64,000 nucleotides of DNA from a virus, in the IMG/VR virus record IMGVR_UViG_3300021375_002698; one strand, given 5' to 3'. This document shows positions 17,066 through 26,805 of this stretch, in pieces (position 1 is the first letter of the stretch; every line of letters begins with the position of its first letter). The notes under the pieces are model-generated. The model was not told the origin of the DNA, did not search any database, and was given only the letters and a program-made list of their open reading frames with translations. The translations under genes were made by a program, and so were the position numbers.

Positions 17066-20000
17066 GTGAATCTTTGCCCTTTAAAGTTATTTCCAAGTTT
17101 TTATCAACTATGTCTTTTATAGTATCAATATGTGATATTATTAAAATAGTTTTAAAGTATTTTTTCAAGCTTTTTAAAAGTCTACCACAAGCTTCAATAT
17201 TTGTGCTGTCTAATGCACCAAAACCTTCATCAATTATAAACATATCTGACTTGGGAAGGTTTGATATGTTTATAAGCGCAACTCTTATGGCGATAGATGA
17301 AATCATTTTTTCCATCCCGCTACAACACTCTATTATTCTTTTTGATTCGCCATAATCAATATAAATATTTAAATTACCATTCTTTTCATCAACAAGCTCA
17401 ATATCAAAGTTGCATACACCGCTTAAAATATTTTTTATTTCTTTATTAATCTTAGGTAAAGAAGAGTTTATTAACATAGTAGGAATACCATCTTTTTTAG
17501 ATAATGATCTGCTAAACAAGTCTAATACATGCCATTTATTTAATAAATCTTCATAAGTTTTTTCTTCTTCTTCAAGACTTTCAATATTGTTTTCTATTCT
17601 AAAAACATTTTTTAAATTTTCTTGTTTTTGGATTTCGCAATTATTTATGTTTTTTGATATCTCTTTTAATTCTGTTTTTATCTTTTCTATTTCTTTGATT
17701 AAACTATCATTGTCACTATTAGAAATTGATTCTAGCAACAATCGCTTTGCTTCGATTTCTTCAATATTATCTTCTAGACTTTTTTCATTTCTTAAGATTT
17801 CGTTTTTAATGTTTTTTATATCAATGTTTAAAGCATACTCTTTATTTAATAGATCACTATACTTTTTTAATTTGTTTGTTATTTCTTCTTTTTCAAGACT
17901 CTTTATTATTTCTTGGACTTCTAAAACTGAACCTTGTAAACTTTTTGTTGCTTTTTTAATATCAGGAATGTCATCTTTAGCTTTATGCGCAGCTTTAATA
18001 AACATACAACTTTTAAATTTATCGCCACATGGAACTTCGCTTAAAGTTTTTATTTGATTGTTAGCATTCTTTTCTTTTAACTTGATATTAGATATTTTAT
18101 TCTTTAAATCAACAAGATTGTTGCTTAAAATATTAAGTTTTTCTTTGTCACTTTCTAGTTTCTTTAAAGGAAAGTCTGCTTTAAAGCTTTTTATTTTGTC
18201 AGCCTTAACTTTAAAATTTTCTAGCTTTTTATTTTTATCTTCTAATCCGAGTACTAAGCTTTCATTGTTATCCTTTAGTAATAAAATTTCTCTTTCTGTT
18301 TTTACTTGACTTACTAAATCTTTATCAGAAAGATTATTTATTTTATTAAGTGATATATTTTTTTCTAGTTCTAAACTTCTTATTTCAATAATATTTGATT
18401 CAAGCTCTTTGTTTTTAAGATTTAGACTGATTATTTTTGATTTTTCATCAGCAACAATGTTTTGCCATTGCTTTTCATTTAACTCTTTAAGCTTGTTCTT
18501 TACAATAATATACTCATCTCTAGATAGTTTATGTAGCTCTTCATATATGTCTAGATTTAAAAACTTAGATAATATCTTTTTTCTTGCTGTTGTTTTCTCT
18601 TTAATAAAAGAATTAGTTTCACCTTGAGATGCAAAAGTTGTACATAAAAATTCTTCGTGAGCTCCAATTATGCCTCTTAGAACTTTTTCTGTTTCTCTTC
18701 GCTGCTCTTCAGTCTTATCTTTTAATTCTTCGCCTGCATTATTTGTAAGCTTTAAAGATGTTGATGTTGATATTTTATTGTTCTTGTTCGACTTTTTTAT
18801 AGTTTCTCTTACTATCTCGTATTCTTTTCCTGAAGCTGTAAATTTTATCTTTGCTTTACATGATCCTTTTCTTGAGTTAACTATATACTCGTTCTTTATA
18901 GAACCTCTATCAGTAGTATTGAACAAACCATACATTATAGTGCCGGGTATAGATGATTTACCACATCTATTGTTTCCAAATATACCTACAATACCGTTGA
19001 GTTTTTCAAAGTCTATAAGATTGTTTTTACCGTATCCAAAAGTATTGTCAAAGCTTACAGACTTAATTGACCATTTATTACTATTGTAAACAGAATAGTC
19101 TTTTGATACATTATCTAAATGTTCTCTATAACGTTTATCTATCTCACAAATTAATTTTTCATCTTCATCTTTAAAGTATGTTTTTAACAAATTAATTCTG
19201 TCTAAATCGGATTTTATGTTTATAGTAGTTTCTTCTATAACATTATCTTCTTCTATACAGTTTTTTATACCTAGATTCTGGTAAACTATTTCCTTTGCTT
19301 TTTTTTCACTCTTTAAGTACTCATGCAATAGATTAATTTCTGATTGCGTTATATTATCTTTAGATCTTATTCTTATTCTACTGTTTTTACTGACATTGCG
19401 TAAGGCATCGATTGTGTTTTTAATGTTGCCTTCCCAATTAATAGTAATGTGTGGAAAAGGGTTTTCAATACTAAAAAATTCAGAATTATAGTCATATCTA
19501 CTGTTTATTTCCCAATATAAAAATCCTTTTTCTATGTCTTCACCATAGTTTTGTTGAATTGTACTTCCTGGATAAGCTATTCTTTTTTCATCATCAAGAT
19601 ATTGTATCTTGTGTATGTCACCTAAAAACCCGAAATCAAAATTATTGAAAAAGCTTAAAGAAACTTCTCCTTTTATATTCCAGTCTGTATCTGTCAAAGA
19701 TCCTAAGACTCCGCCATGAAAACATGCAATATTTACTTCTTCTTCTACGATTTCTACATCTTTCCAACCTTCTTCATCAAAACAAGAAAATACACACCAA
19801 TTAAATCCCTTTATACCAGTTGAATATGTACCGCTTTTTTTATATAGAAATATGTTTTTATTGTCTAACGCATTAATAATAGGAGATATTGCATCTTGTC
19901 TGTTTTCATTAAGTATTAGACCGTCATGATTCCCTAGAATAACATGCGTAGGCGCTATTTTTGATAATGAATTAAACCACCATGTTAAAATATCAATAAG

Positions 20001-20186
20001 TTCAGGACTAATTCCTTGTGTTTTTGAATGAACAATATCGCCGCCTATAAAGATTATATTTGGACTTAGCTCTATTGCTTTTTTAAATAATTTTTCAAAA
20101 ACAAGTCTGTATTCATTATGTCTAGTTAAACCTCTAAAGTGAACATCAGATATATGTAAACATCTAAATTTTTTACTGTTTTTCAT
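17049..20186 (-). CDS. Fused SbcD/Mre11 nuclease plus SbcC/Rad50 ATPase (gp47-gp46-like)
   Basis: HISDVH, GGD, LGNHD, FHG, LGDIH phosphoesterase motifs; GNNRCGKSS Walker A; long coiled coil; CSGME signature; FIIDEGFGALD; ISH. Confidence 0.93.
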   Translation of the reverse strand: MKNSKKFRCLHISDVHFRGLTRHNEYRLVFEKLFKKAIELSPNIIFIGGDIVHSKTQGISPELIDILTWWFNSLSKIAPTHVILGNHDGLILNENRQDAISPIINALDNKNIFLYKKSGTYSTGIKGFNWCVFSCFDEEGWKDVEIVEEEVNIACFHGGVLGSLTDTDWNIKGEVSLSFFNNFDFGFLGDIHKIQYLDDEKRIAYPGSTIQQNYGEDIEKGFLYWEINSRYDYNSEFFSIENPFPHITINWEGNIKNTIDALRNVSKNSRIRIRSKDNITQSEINLLHEYLKSEKKAKEIVYQNLGIKNCIEEDNVIEETTINIKSDLDRINLLKTYFKDEDEKLICEIDKRYREHLDNVSKDYSVYNSNKWSIKSVSFDNTFGYGKNNLIDFEKLNGIVGIFGNNRCGKSSIPGTIMYGLFNTTDRGSIKNEYIVNSRKGSCKAKIKFTASGKEYEIVRETIKKSNKNNKISTSTSLKLTNNAGEELKDKTEEQRRETEKVLRGIIGAHEEFLCTTFASQGETNSFIKEKTTARKKILSKFLNLDIYEELHKLSRDEYIIVKNKLKELNEKQWQNIVADEKSKIISLNLKNKELESNIIEIRSLELEKNISLNKINNLSDKDLVSQVKTEREILLLKDNNESLVLGLEDKNKKLENFKVKADKIKSFKADFPLKKLESDKEKLNILSNNLVDLKNKISNIKLKEKNANNQIKTLSEVPCGDKFKSCMFIKAAHKAKDDIPDIKKATKSLQGSVLEVQEIIKSLEKEEITNKLKKYSDLLNKEYALNIDIKNIKNEILRNEKSLEDNIEEIEAKRLLLESISNSDNDSLIKEIEKIKTELKEISKNINNCEIQKQENLKNVFRIENNIESLEEEEKTYEDLLNKWHVLDLFSRSLSKKDGIPTMLINSSLPKINKEIKNILSGVCNFDIELVDEKNGNLNIYIDYGESKRIIECCSGMEKMISSIAIRVALINISNLPKSDMFIIDEGFGALDSTNIEACGRLLKSLKKYFKTILIISHIDTIKDIVDKNLEITLKGKDSHVRFE

Positions 20187-21145
20187 AGCATCCTTATTTT
20201 AGATAATATACTATCATTATATGAATATTCTTTAGAATCTTCAAGCCTTTTTGAGAATTTTTTATGACTCATATCACCTACGTCTTCTCCGCCTCTTGTG
20301 TCTACTATTCTTACATCTATATCATAACCTCGTAAAAGTTTCGCAATATACAGGGCTTTAGCATAAGCATCGCTGTCTAGTGCTAAGTTAACTTTAGTTT
20401 TATTTTTAATTATTTGCTGAAATAATATCATATCTTCAGTTAAAGAAGATCCTAATAGACATGTAGAATTATCATTTGTTTTAATTAAATCTAAAGGACC
20501 TTCTACGATAGTCAGTGGCTTTTCCCAACATATGTTTAATTCATTAAATATTATATTCTTTTTAGGGACTGAAGCATTTTTATATTTATAGGAATTATGC
20601 GTATCTACATCAATATTTCTACTTACATAGTAGTTTAAGCTTCCACTTTTATCATAACTCGGTAGTATTAAGTATCTTTTAAAATCTCTATCAAGTGAAT
20701 ATCCCATTCTTAACATACATAGTTTATGTTTATTTGTGCCTCTTTTTATAGCATACTTAAAAACATCTCTTGCATCTGGATCTATTGGGTTAAAGTTTTC
20801 TATAAAAAACTTAAAATTATCAGGAAGAGAGATATTAATATACTCTTCTTCAATTTCTTCTTCAAACAAAGAAAACTTTTTACTGTGTGATTTAAAATAT
20901 CTTTTAGATTCTTCAATTTTACTTTTATCAATATACTTTAAAAGGTTAGGTATGTTAGATCCTTTTTTGTCACAAACCCAACAATGATAAAATCCTTTTT
21001 CTAGGTGTATACTTAACTTAAGTTTATTTTTTGATTCATGTCTACAGAAAGGACACCAAATATTTAAGTTAACTCCATCTTTTCCTAATTGATAATTGTC
21101 AATAAAGCTGTCGAAAAAATCAAGTCTTTTATTGATTATGTCCAT
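20183..21145 (-). CDS. DNA primase (DnaG/T4 gp61-like; Zn finger plus TOPRIM)
   Basis: CPFC...CWVC; IVEGPLD; LALDSD; EDVGDM. Confidence 0.9.
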   Translation of the reverse strand: MDIINKRLDFFDSFIDNYQLGKDGVNLNIWCPFCRHESKNKLKLSIHLEKGFYHCWVCDKKGSNIPNLLKYIDKSKIEESKRYFKSHSKKFSLFEEEIEEEYINISLPDNFKFFIENFNPIDPDARDVFKYAIKRGTNKHKLCMLRMGYSLDRDFKRYLILPSYDKSGSLNYYVSRNIDVDTHNSYKYKNASVPKKNIIFNELNICWEKPLTIVEGPLDLIKTNDNSTCLLGSSLTEDMILFQQIIKNKTKVNLALDSDAYAKALYIAKLLRGYDIDVRIVDTRGGEDVGDMSHKKFSKRLEDSKEYSYNDSILSKIRML

Positions 21146-21677
21146 TTAATTTTATACCCGCTTTACATATTACATAAGAGTCAGACATATCATAACAAAA
21201 TTTTTCATATTTTACACAACCTTTATTTTTCCCACGACTTATTGTCTTTTTAGGCCACACATAACCACCTAAATCATTATCTACCCAATCAAGAACCTGT
21301 TCTTTCTTGTCTATATCACTGTTTTTATCTATTTTAATATTTAATTGTTTCCTTGCGGTATTAACATTAATATAAACAGGGATTAAACCACAGCTGCGAT
21401 ATACAATGTTTGATACGACCCCATTAAATCGTGCAAGTTGCATAAGTGTCTTTGAAGAAGACATGCCTCTTCTAAACGCCTGAAGTATATCCTCAATGTA
21501 TATTTTTGTAATTTTATAATTGTTTACTAAATTATTGAAATAATCTTCAACAACTTTAGCTTTTTCAAAAATACACTTTACTTTAGTCAAATCAATTTTA
21601 TCCATAAGTTCAAGCTTCGCATCGTCAAATAAACAAACACCAATGATTGACGTAGATATATCTAATCCTAGATTCAT
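21129..21677 (-). CDS. ruvC: RuvC-like Holliday junction resolvase
   Basis: LGLDISTSIIG, IYIED, L..FNGVV, C-terminal DMSDSYVI. Confidence 0.82.
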   Translation of the reverse strand: MNLGLDISTSIIGVCLFDDAKLELMDKIDLTKVKCIFEKAKVVEDYFNNLVNNYKITKIYIEDILQAFRRGMSSSKTLMQLARFNGVVSNIVYRSCGLIPVYINVNTARKQLNIKIDKNSDIDKKEQVLDWVDNDLGGYVWPKKTISRGKNKGCVKYEKFCYDMSDSYVICKAGIKLNGHNQ

Positions 21678-21678
21678 T

Positions 21679-24645
21679 TTAATAGTCCATCTTTAATCTA
21701 AATAATATATTATCTGTATTTTTCTTAGCTACAGGCTGAGCTAGTTTTGCTTTAGCTACTATATTAAGATTCTCATCATGTAAATTTATATCAGTAATAT
21801 AAACAAAAGATTCATCAGAATCAAATGAACTCTCACTTGATTTTAAATCTGAATTGTATGATTTATTAACTGATTCATTTATCATACCACTTTCACATTG
21901 AATATTAATTTCATTAACAAATATATTATTTTCATATCTGAATGTTGTGTTAAAATTAGATGATCCAAAGTTTTCAAGACCTGGGTGATGTATTGTTGCA
22001 ATACCCTCACTATAAAATAAATGCCCTACATAGTTCCATTTAGCAACTTCACTTTTACAGTCTGATCTATATAAACAACCGTATCCATTGTCTTTTAAAC
22101 TTATAGATAATTCTCCAAAAGATCCCATTAAGTCTACGTCTTTTATATTAAATGTTTCTTTTTCAATTTTTTTATTGTAAAATTGTGATGATACTTCTAT
22201 TATATTAGATGAACTATAAAAATACTTATTATAATCATAGTAAGGAACTATAAAGGAATCATAAAACTGATAACTATCTGTTACACTATTTATATTAGAT
22301 TTAGTACCTATTCTAATTGATTTTCTATCTAATATTAGTTCTTGATCAGATGTAATAACACTTTTAAAGTCTCTATGTTGTACATTATGATTATCTAATT
22401 CATAATCAGAATGATATAAAAAATTAGATAATATTTTACCCTGATAATACTCATCATTTACAAAACCATTTGTATTTAACTCACTATCAGAGTATTCTAT
22501 ATGATATGTTAAAAGATCTTTATTTTTCAATACATCTACATACGTATTTATAAATCTTACTTCGTTATTTACATCATTAAAGTTGATAATATCACTTGTA
22601 TTATTAATATTAACTTCATTGTCATTGTTTAAAAAATTTAAATGTAGATTATAACTATCGATATTTTTAACATCAGTATTTATATGAAAATCTTTTGTAA
22701 TATTATCTAAGTCATTTATTTCAAAAAACTTTTTTTGATCTTCTGAAAGATTAAAACTGTTTGTAATAACTTTATGTTTCTGTAGCTGTAAACCATTATC
22801 ATTTGGCAATATTAGATTATTAATATAGTGAAGATTAAAAGCATTATCATTTGAATTTCTAGTATCTGTACATAAATTATTTAAGTATACTTCGTTTACT
22901 GAACTTCCTTTTTTGATTAATTGATAATCTTTTAGAGAAATATTACTATTGCTTGAAGAATAATTTATTGTACTACTAACAGATGTATTTGATTTACAGT
23001 CTATTGAGTTATTGTTAATAACAACATTTGGAGATATTTGATTGACAAAATCAACTAAAAAGCTTTCAATAGATACTTTATATCCACCACAAGTATTTGC
23101 AAAATATGGATTAGATAATCCGCTATATTGTATATGTCTATTAACTCCGCTAGCATTGAAAATATCTTCTTTTTGAACTACAATAGGTACAAAATAAACA
23201 GGTAAATAAAAGTCTAAATCAGATTCTAAACTTACGTTTTCTACACTTCTTTTAAATATATTTCTAATATTGTCAGAACTTTGATCTTTTTTGTAAATTC
23301 TAAAATCACAAATTTCAGATTCTAATGCTTCTGATCCAAAGTTATTTAAATTACTTGTAAATCCGCTAATAGAAGCTGATACTTGACTTATGTTGCTTGA
23401 ATTGTTATATAAATTAGTCTTAGATCCAAAGCTAATATGCTTTTTAAAGTAAGGGCCTTTAATATCATCAGTTTCAAGTAAGTCTTGAGCAAAAAAGTGC
23501 TTAAAATAGTTACTTCTAATATCTGGACCGTTATTGTTGTATATATATGAAGGTTTATTGCCTATACAAATATAAGAATCGTAAGCAGAATTATTTGTAT
23601 CAAACTCTATATTTGAAACTTTTATTGTTTTATAATACTCACCATTCTGATAAATGTTTAAACTAACTACATTACCATCAACAAAGAAGTTTATAGCTAT
23701 AGAATTCCAAAAGTTTGAATATATAAAATTATCATCAGAAGTTGCTACGTTGCTGCTGTTATTATTTATTACAGAATCTATGTGTTTATATGTATCTTTG
23801 CCAAAAGTGAAACGTAGCTTAAAGCCGTTAATATCCTGGCTTATATTTTTAGACGTTCCATTATCAATATAACAATTGACTAATCCTGGGATGTGAAATA
23901 TACATCCTTTATTTTTTAATGCGCTTTCTTTTCTTTTATTTATATAGAAAGATATACAAAAATCTTTTTTGTTTACTGCATCGATAGTGTTTTCTACAGA
24001 TGAATCATTTATTTTTAAGTTTGGATAAACAATACAGTTTGAATGCGTTATATTCTCATATTTCTTATTATTGAAAAAGTTTATAGTATTGTAGTTGTAA
24101 AAACCCCAATTAATATTATTTAAATTGTCAACATCTTTATTATGAAGATAATAGCTATATAAATTATTTTTAATTATATTTTTCTTTCTTAAGAAATAAT
24201 CGTCATATAAGAACTTAGGTTTAAGCTTATTTATTGAAAAAGTATTTTTAAAGTTATTAGAATTATAATTTGTTCTAACATCTGTTGATGTATCAATTCC
24301 AGGTAAAAAGTCTTCTCTAAGGCTATCAAGCTCATCAAAAATAGAGCTATTAAAGCTTTCTTCTGATAATAAACTTGCAATTCCCTCTCTAAATTCTGCA
24401 GCATCAGTTGTATTGCTTGGAACTGTTATGAGGCTTTCGCTGTCTTTACTTATTGTAATGTTATCTAATATAATACAATAAGAATCGTCATTTTTATCTT
24501 TTATTGTACCCTTTATACCTGCAGAGTCAATATCTAAGTCATTAAAATTTTTACAAAATATAGATCCAGATGTATACTGTATTTCAGGCTTATACTCTAC
24601 TTTTGTTCTAACAAAGTTTATATTTTTTAAAGGTATAAAAGTCAT
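21679..24645 (-). CDS. Large baseplate/virion structural protein (LamG-like segment; conserved C-terminal beta domain)
   Basis: FCISFYI..WNSIAI..ICIGN..ICDFRIY; C-terminal VYITDINLHDENLNIVAKAKLAQPVAK..FRLKMDY. Confidence 0.7.
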   Translation of the reverse strand: MTFIPLKNINFVRTKVEYKPEIQYTSGSIFCKNFNDLDIDSAGIKGTIKDKNDDSYCIILDNITISKDSESLITVPSNTTDAAEFREGIASLLSEESFNSSIFDELDSLREDFLPGIDTSTDVRTNYNSNNFKNTFSINKLKPKFLYDDYFLRKKNIIKNNLYSYYLHNKDVDNLNNINWGFYNYNTINFFNNKKYENITHSNCIVYPNLKINDSSVENTIDAVNKKDFCISFYINKRKESALKNKGCIFHIPGLVNCYIDNGTSKNISQDINGFKLRFTFGKDTYKHIDSVINNNSSNVATSDDNFIYSNFWNSIAINFFVDGNVVSLNIYQNGEYYKTIKVSNIEFDTNNSAYDSYICIGNKPSYIYNNNGPDIRSNYFKHFFAQDLLETDDIKGPYFKKHISFGSKTNLYNNSSNISQVSASISGFTSNLNNFGSEALESEICDFRIYKKDQSSDNIRNIFKRSVENVSLESDLDFYLPVYFVPIVVQKEDIFNASGVNRHIQYSGLSNPYFANTCGGYKVSIESFLVDFVNQISPNVVINNNSIDCKSNTSVSSTINYSSSNSNISLKDYQLIKKGSSVNEVYLNNLCTDTRNSNDNAFNLHYINNLILPNDNGLQLQKHKVITNSFNLSEDQKKFFEINDLDNITKDFHINTDVKNIDSYNLHLNFLNNDNEVNINNTSDIINFNDVNNEVRFINTYVDVLKNKDLLTYHIEYSDSELNTNGFVNDEYYQGKILSNFLYHSDYELDNHNVQHRDFKSVITSDQELILDRKSIRIGTKSNINSVTDSYQFYDSFIVPYYDYNKYFYSSSNIIEVSSQFYNKKIEKETFNIKDVDLMGSFGELSISLKDNGYGCLYRSDCKSEVAKWNYVGHLFYSEGIATIHHPGLENFGSSNFNTTFRYENNIFVNEINIQCESGMINESVNKSYNSDLKSSESSFDSDESFVYITDINLHDENLNIVAKAKLAQPVAKKNTDNILFRLKMDY

Positions 24646-24655
24646 AATTTATCTT

Positions 24656-25990
24656 TTAATAATCAAGTCTAATTCTAATTGAAAGATCTGTTTCTTCGTT
24701 CTTTTCAACAGGCCTAGATAATTTAGCAACTGCAAGCAAAGAATTATCAGCGCCACCATGTAAACCTACAGTAGTTATATATGAAAATACTTTATCATCA
24801 TCTTCTGTTATTACTCTTAATTTACCACTACTATCAGTATAAGTTGGATTTGTTGAAAAATTAAGTTGTGATGGCGCTGCTCTACAGAATATCAAAGAAG
24901 AATTAATTGTAGTCTCATTTTTAAATGCCATTGCAGTTAAATTAGCAGAACCAAATCTTGTATCACAAACATGATCAACTATATCATCAATAGAACCGCT
25001 TATCCAGAAATTAGGAATAAAACTACCACTGAAAACTTTATTTCCTGAATTGTATCCAAACGGAGGATGTATTTGTGCAGTATTAGCATCATTATTTACA
25101 GCTGGTAAAGTTTGATTATCTTGCGTAGAAGTTACATCTGATACTAAACCTCTTAATACTTGATTTCCTGTAAACAATTTTTCAGCATCAAACATTACAA
25201 TTCCTAGATCATAATAAATAATCCCAACAGGAGTATTACTACCATCATCTAGTTTAAGAGTTCCAAATTCTCCTGCAATAGGAGAAACTTTTTTGCTACT
25301 AGATGCACCTGTATCATAAAGCTTCATGTAAGTTGATCCTGTAACTGAAGGTAAGGAACCACTAATATTTTCATCAACTTCTGTAGATGTTGGAGCACCA
25401 ACATGATTTTCATCTATTTTTACTACTGCAGCTTTTTGATAAAATCTCATTGCAAAAGATTCTTTTTTAATATTATCTCTAGTAAAAAGTCTTCCTATGT
25501 TAATAAAAATAGCATGGTCAACTTGTGCCGTAGGTGTTGAAGATAAATCTGCATCAAAAGGAACTTTAAAAACACTATCAGGATCACCAAGAATATTTTG
25601 TGCATATTGCTTATATATATGTCCTTTTTCTCTCATCATAAGAGTTGTATTATTAAATAATAACTTTCCACTACTATCTGTGCCACTTTTAGGAGCTGTT
25701 GTTGTATATGTTGTACTTCCTTCATAAATTCCAACAGTCATATCAAAAATAGGGTTAGAAGTTTGTAAAGTGTGATCTTGATCATATATAGTTTGAAAAA
25801 GTCCACTTTTTACAGTAGTTAATCCAGTTCCACCACTTGCAAAAACTTCATACTTTTTTCTTGTATTTGCAGAACCTGCGCTATGTATATCAGCTTGAAT
25901 AATATCCACAAGCTGTCTAACTTTTGACTTTTGAGTAGTTATACTACTAGGATCTATTGAAATATATGTACCTTTAATTTTATTTGTCAT
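24656..25990 (-). CDS. Baseplate/virion structural protein with a C-terminus paralogous to 21679..24645
   Basis: VGIIYYDLGI; NFSTNPTY; SYITTVGL...LLAVAKLSRPVEK..IRIRLDY. Confidence 0.72.
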   Translation of the reverse strand: MTNKIKGTYISIDPSSITTQKSKVRQLVDIIQADIHSAGSANTRKKYEVFASGGTGLTTVKSGLFQTIYDQDHTLQTSNPIFDMTVGIYEGSTTYTTTAPKSGTDSSGKLLFNNTTLMMREKGHIYKQYAQNILGDPDSVFKVPFDADLSSTPTAQVDHAIFINIGRLFTRDNIKKESFAMRFYQKAAVVKIDENHVGAPTSTEVDENISGSLPSVTGSTYMKLYDTGASSSKKVSPIAGEFGTLKLDDGSNTPVGIIYYDLGIVMFDAEKLFTGNQVLRGLVSDVTSTQDNQTLPAVNNDANTAQIHPPFGYNSGNKVFSGSFIPNFWISGSIDDIVDHVCDTRFGSANLTAMAFKNETTINSSLIFCRAAPSQLNFSTNPTYTDSSGKLRVITEDDDKVFSYITTVGLHGGADNSLLAVAKLSRPVEKNEETDLSIRIRLDY

Positions 25991-26000
25991 GTTTTAGTTC

Positions 26001-26741
26001 CTAAACTTCTTTTTTAATGGTCACAGGTATTATATATGAAGCACCAGAAACATTACCTACAACTTGTATCTGTGCACTTATAGTTGTTGAACTAGAACCA
26101 TCAGAATATTTTGAATATGTAGTATCATTAACTACATTTTTAGCTGTTATTGTTATAGTTCCCTGTATTTGATTTGTAAATGTTTTATTGGTAGCACCTG
26201 ATACTGGTATTGCATATACAACTATATCTTTTTCTCTTCTATCAACTCTAGCATTCTCTAACTTGAGTAAATTACCATCAACTTTAACAAATAAAGTGTC
26301 GTCAACTAAATTTTGATTAATTGCTTCACTAAAGTCTGTAGTTGTTATGTTATTAACAATCTCAAGTGTTTTGTGAGTTTTATTTCTATTTTCAACGTTA
26401 GATATTAGTTCAAAAGAAGAAACACTATTTAATTCATTTAGAACAGGTACTTTTGTTAAAGTATCGAATTGTCTAAAAACATTAGAAAAGCTTCTAAGTG
26501 GATACTTTATTGCTAAATTATGATTAGTTATAGCTTCAAAAATTGGCGTGTTTTTTTGTATTTTTTCTTTGCCTATGTTTTTACCATACTTAGTGATTAA
26601 AGTATAGTCAACTTCATCATCACTGCAAGAAAACTTGCTAATTTTAAAAGATCCATTGTTTAGAGACAATAATTCTCTACCCTTTTCAGTTAAAACTGCG
26701 TCTACAATGATGTTATTTGTTGAATGATTTAAAAATCCCAT
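26001..26741 (-). CDS. Baseplate/virion structural protein
   Basis: MGFL..IIVDAVLTEKGRELL..FKISKFSCSDDEVDY..PIFEA..KYPL. Confidence 0.72.
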   Translation of the reverse strand: MGFLNHSTNNIIVDAVLTEKGRELLSLNNGSFKISKFSCSDDEVDYTLITKYGKNIGKEKIQKNTPIFEAITNHNLAIKYPLRSFSNVFRQFDTLTKVPVLNELNSVSSFELISNVENRNKTHKTLEIVNNITTTDFSEAINQNLVDDTLFVKVDGNLLKLENARVDRREKDIVVYAIPVSGATNKTFTNQIQGTITITAKNVVNDTTYSKYSDGSSSTTISAQIQVVGNVSGASYIIPVTIKKEV

Positions 26742-26805
26742 TAATTATTTTCCTTTCGATTTATAATTATAATAGTTAAATATATTTAGTTAACAAAACT
26801 TAACT

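Noticed and set aside
3124-20186. Intron or intein in capsid, portal, terminase or SbcCD
   Set aside because: The ORFs are uninterrupted, no intein C...HN splice motifs were noticed, and the endonuclease lies outside the capsid gene behind a terminator.
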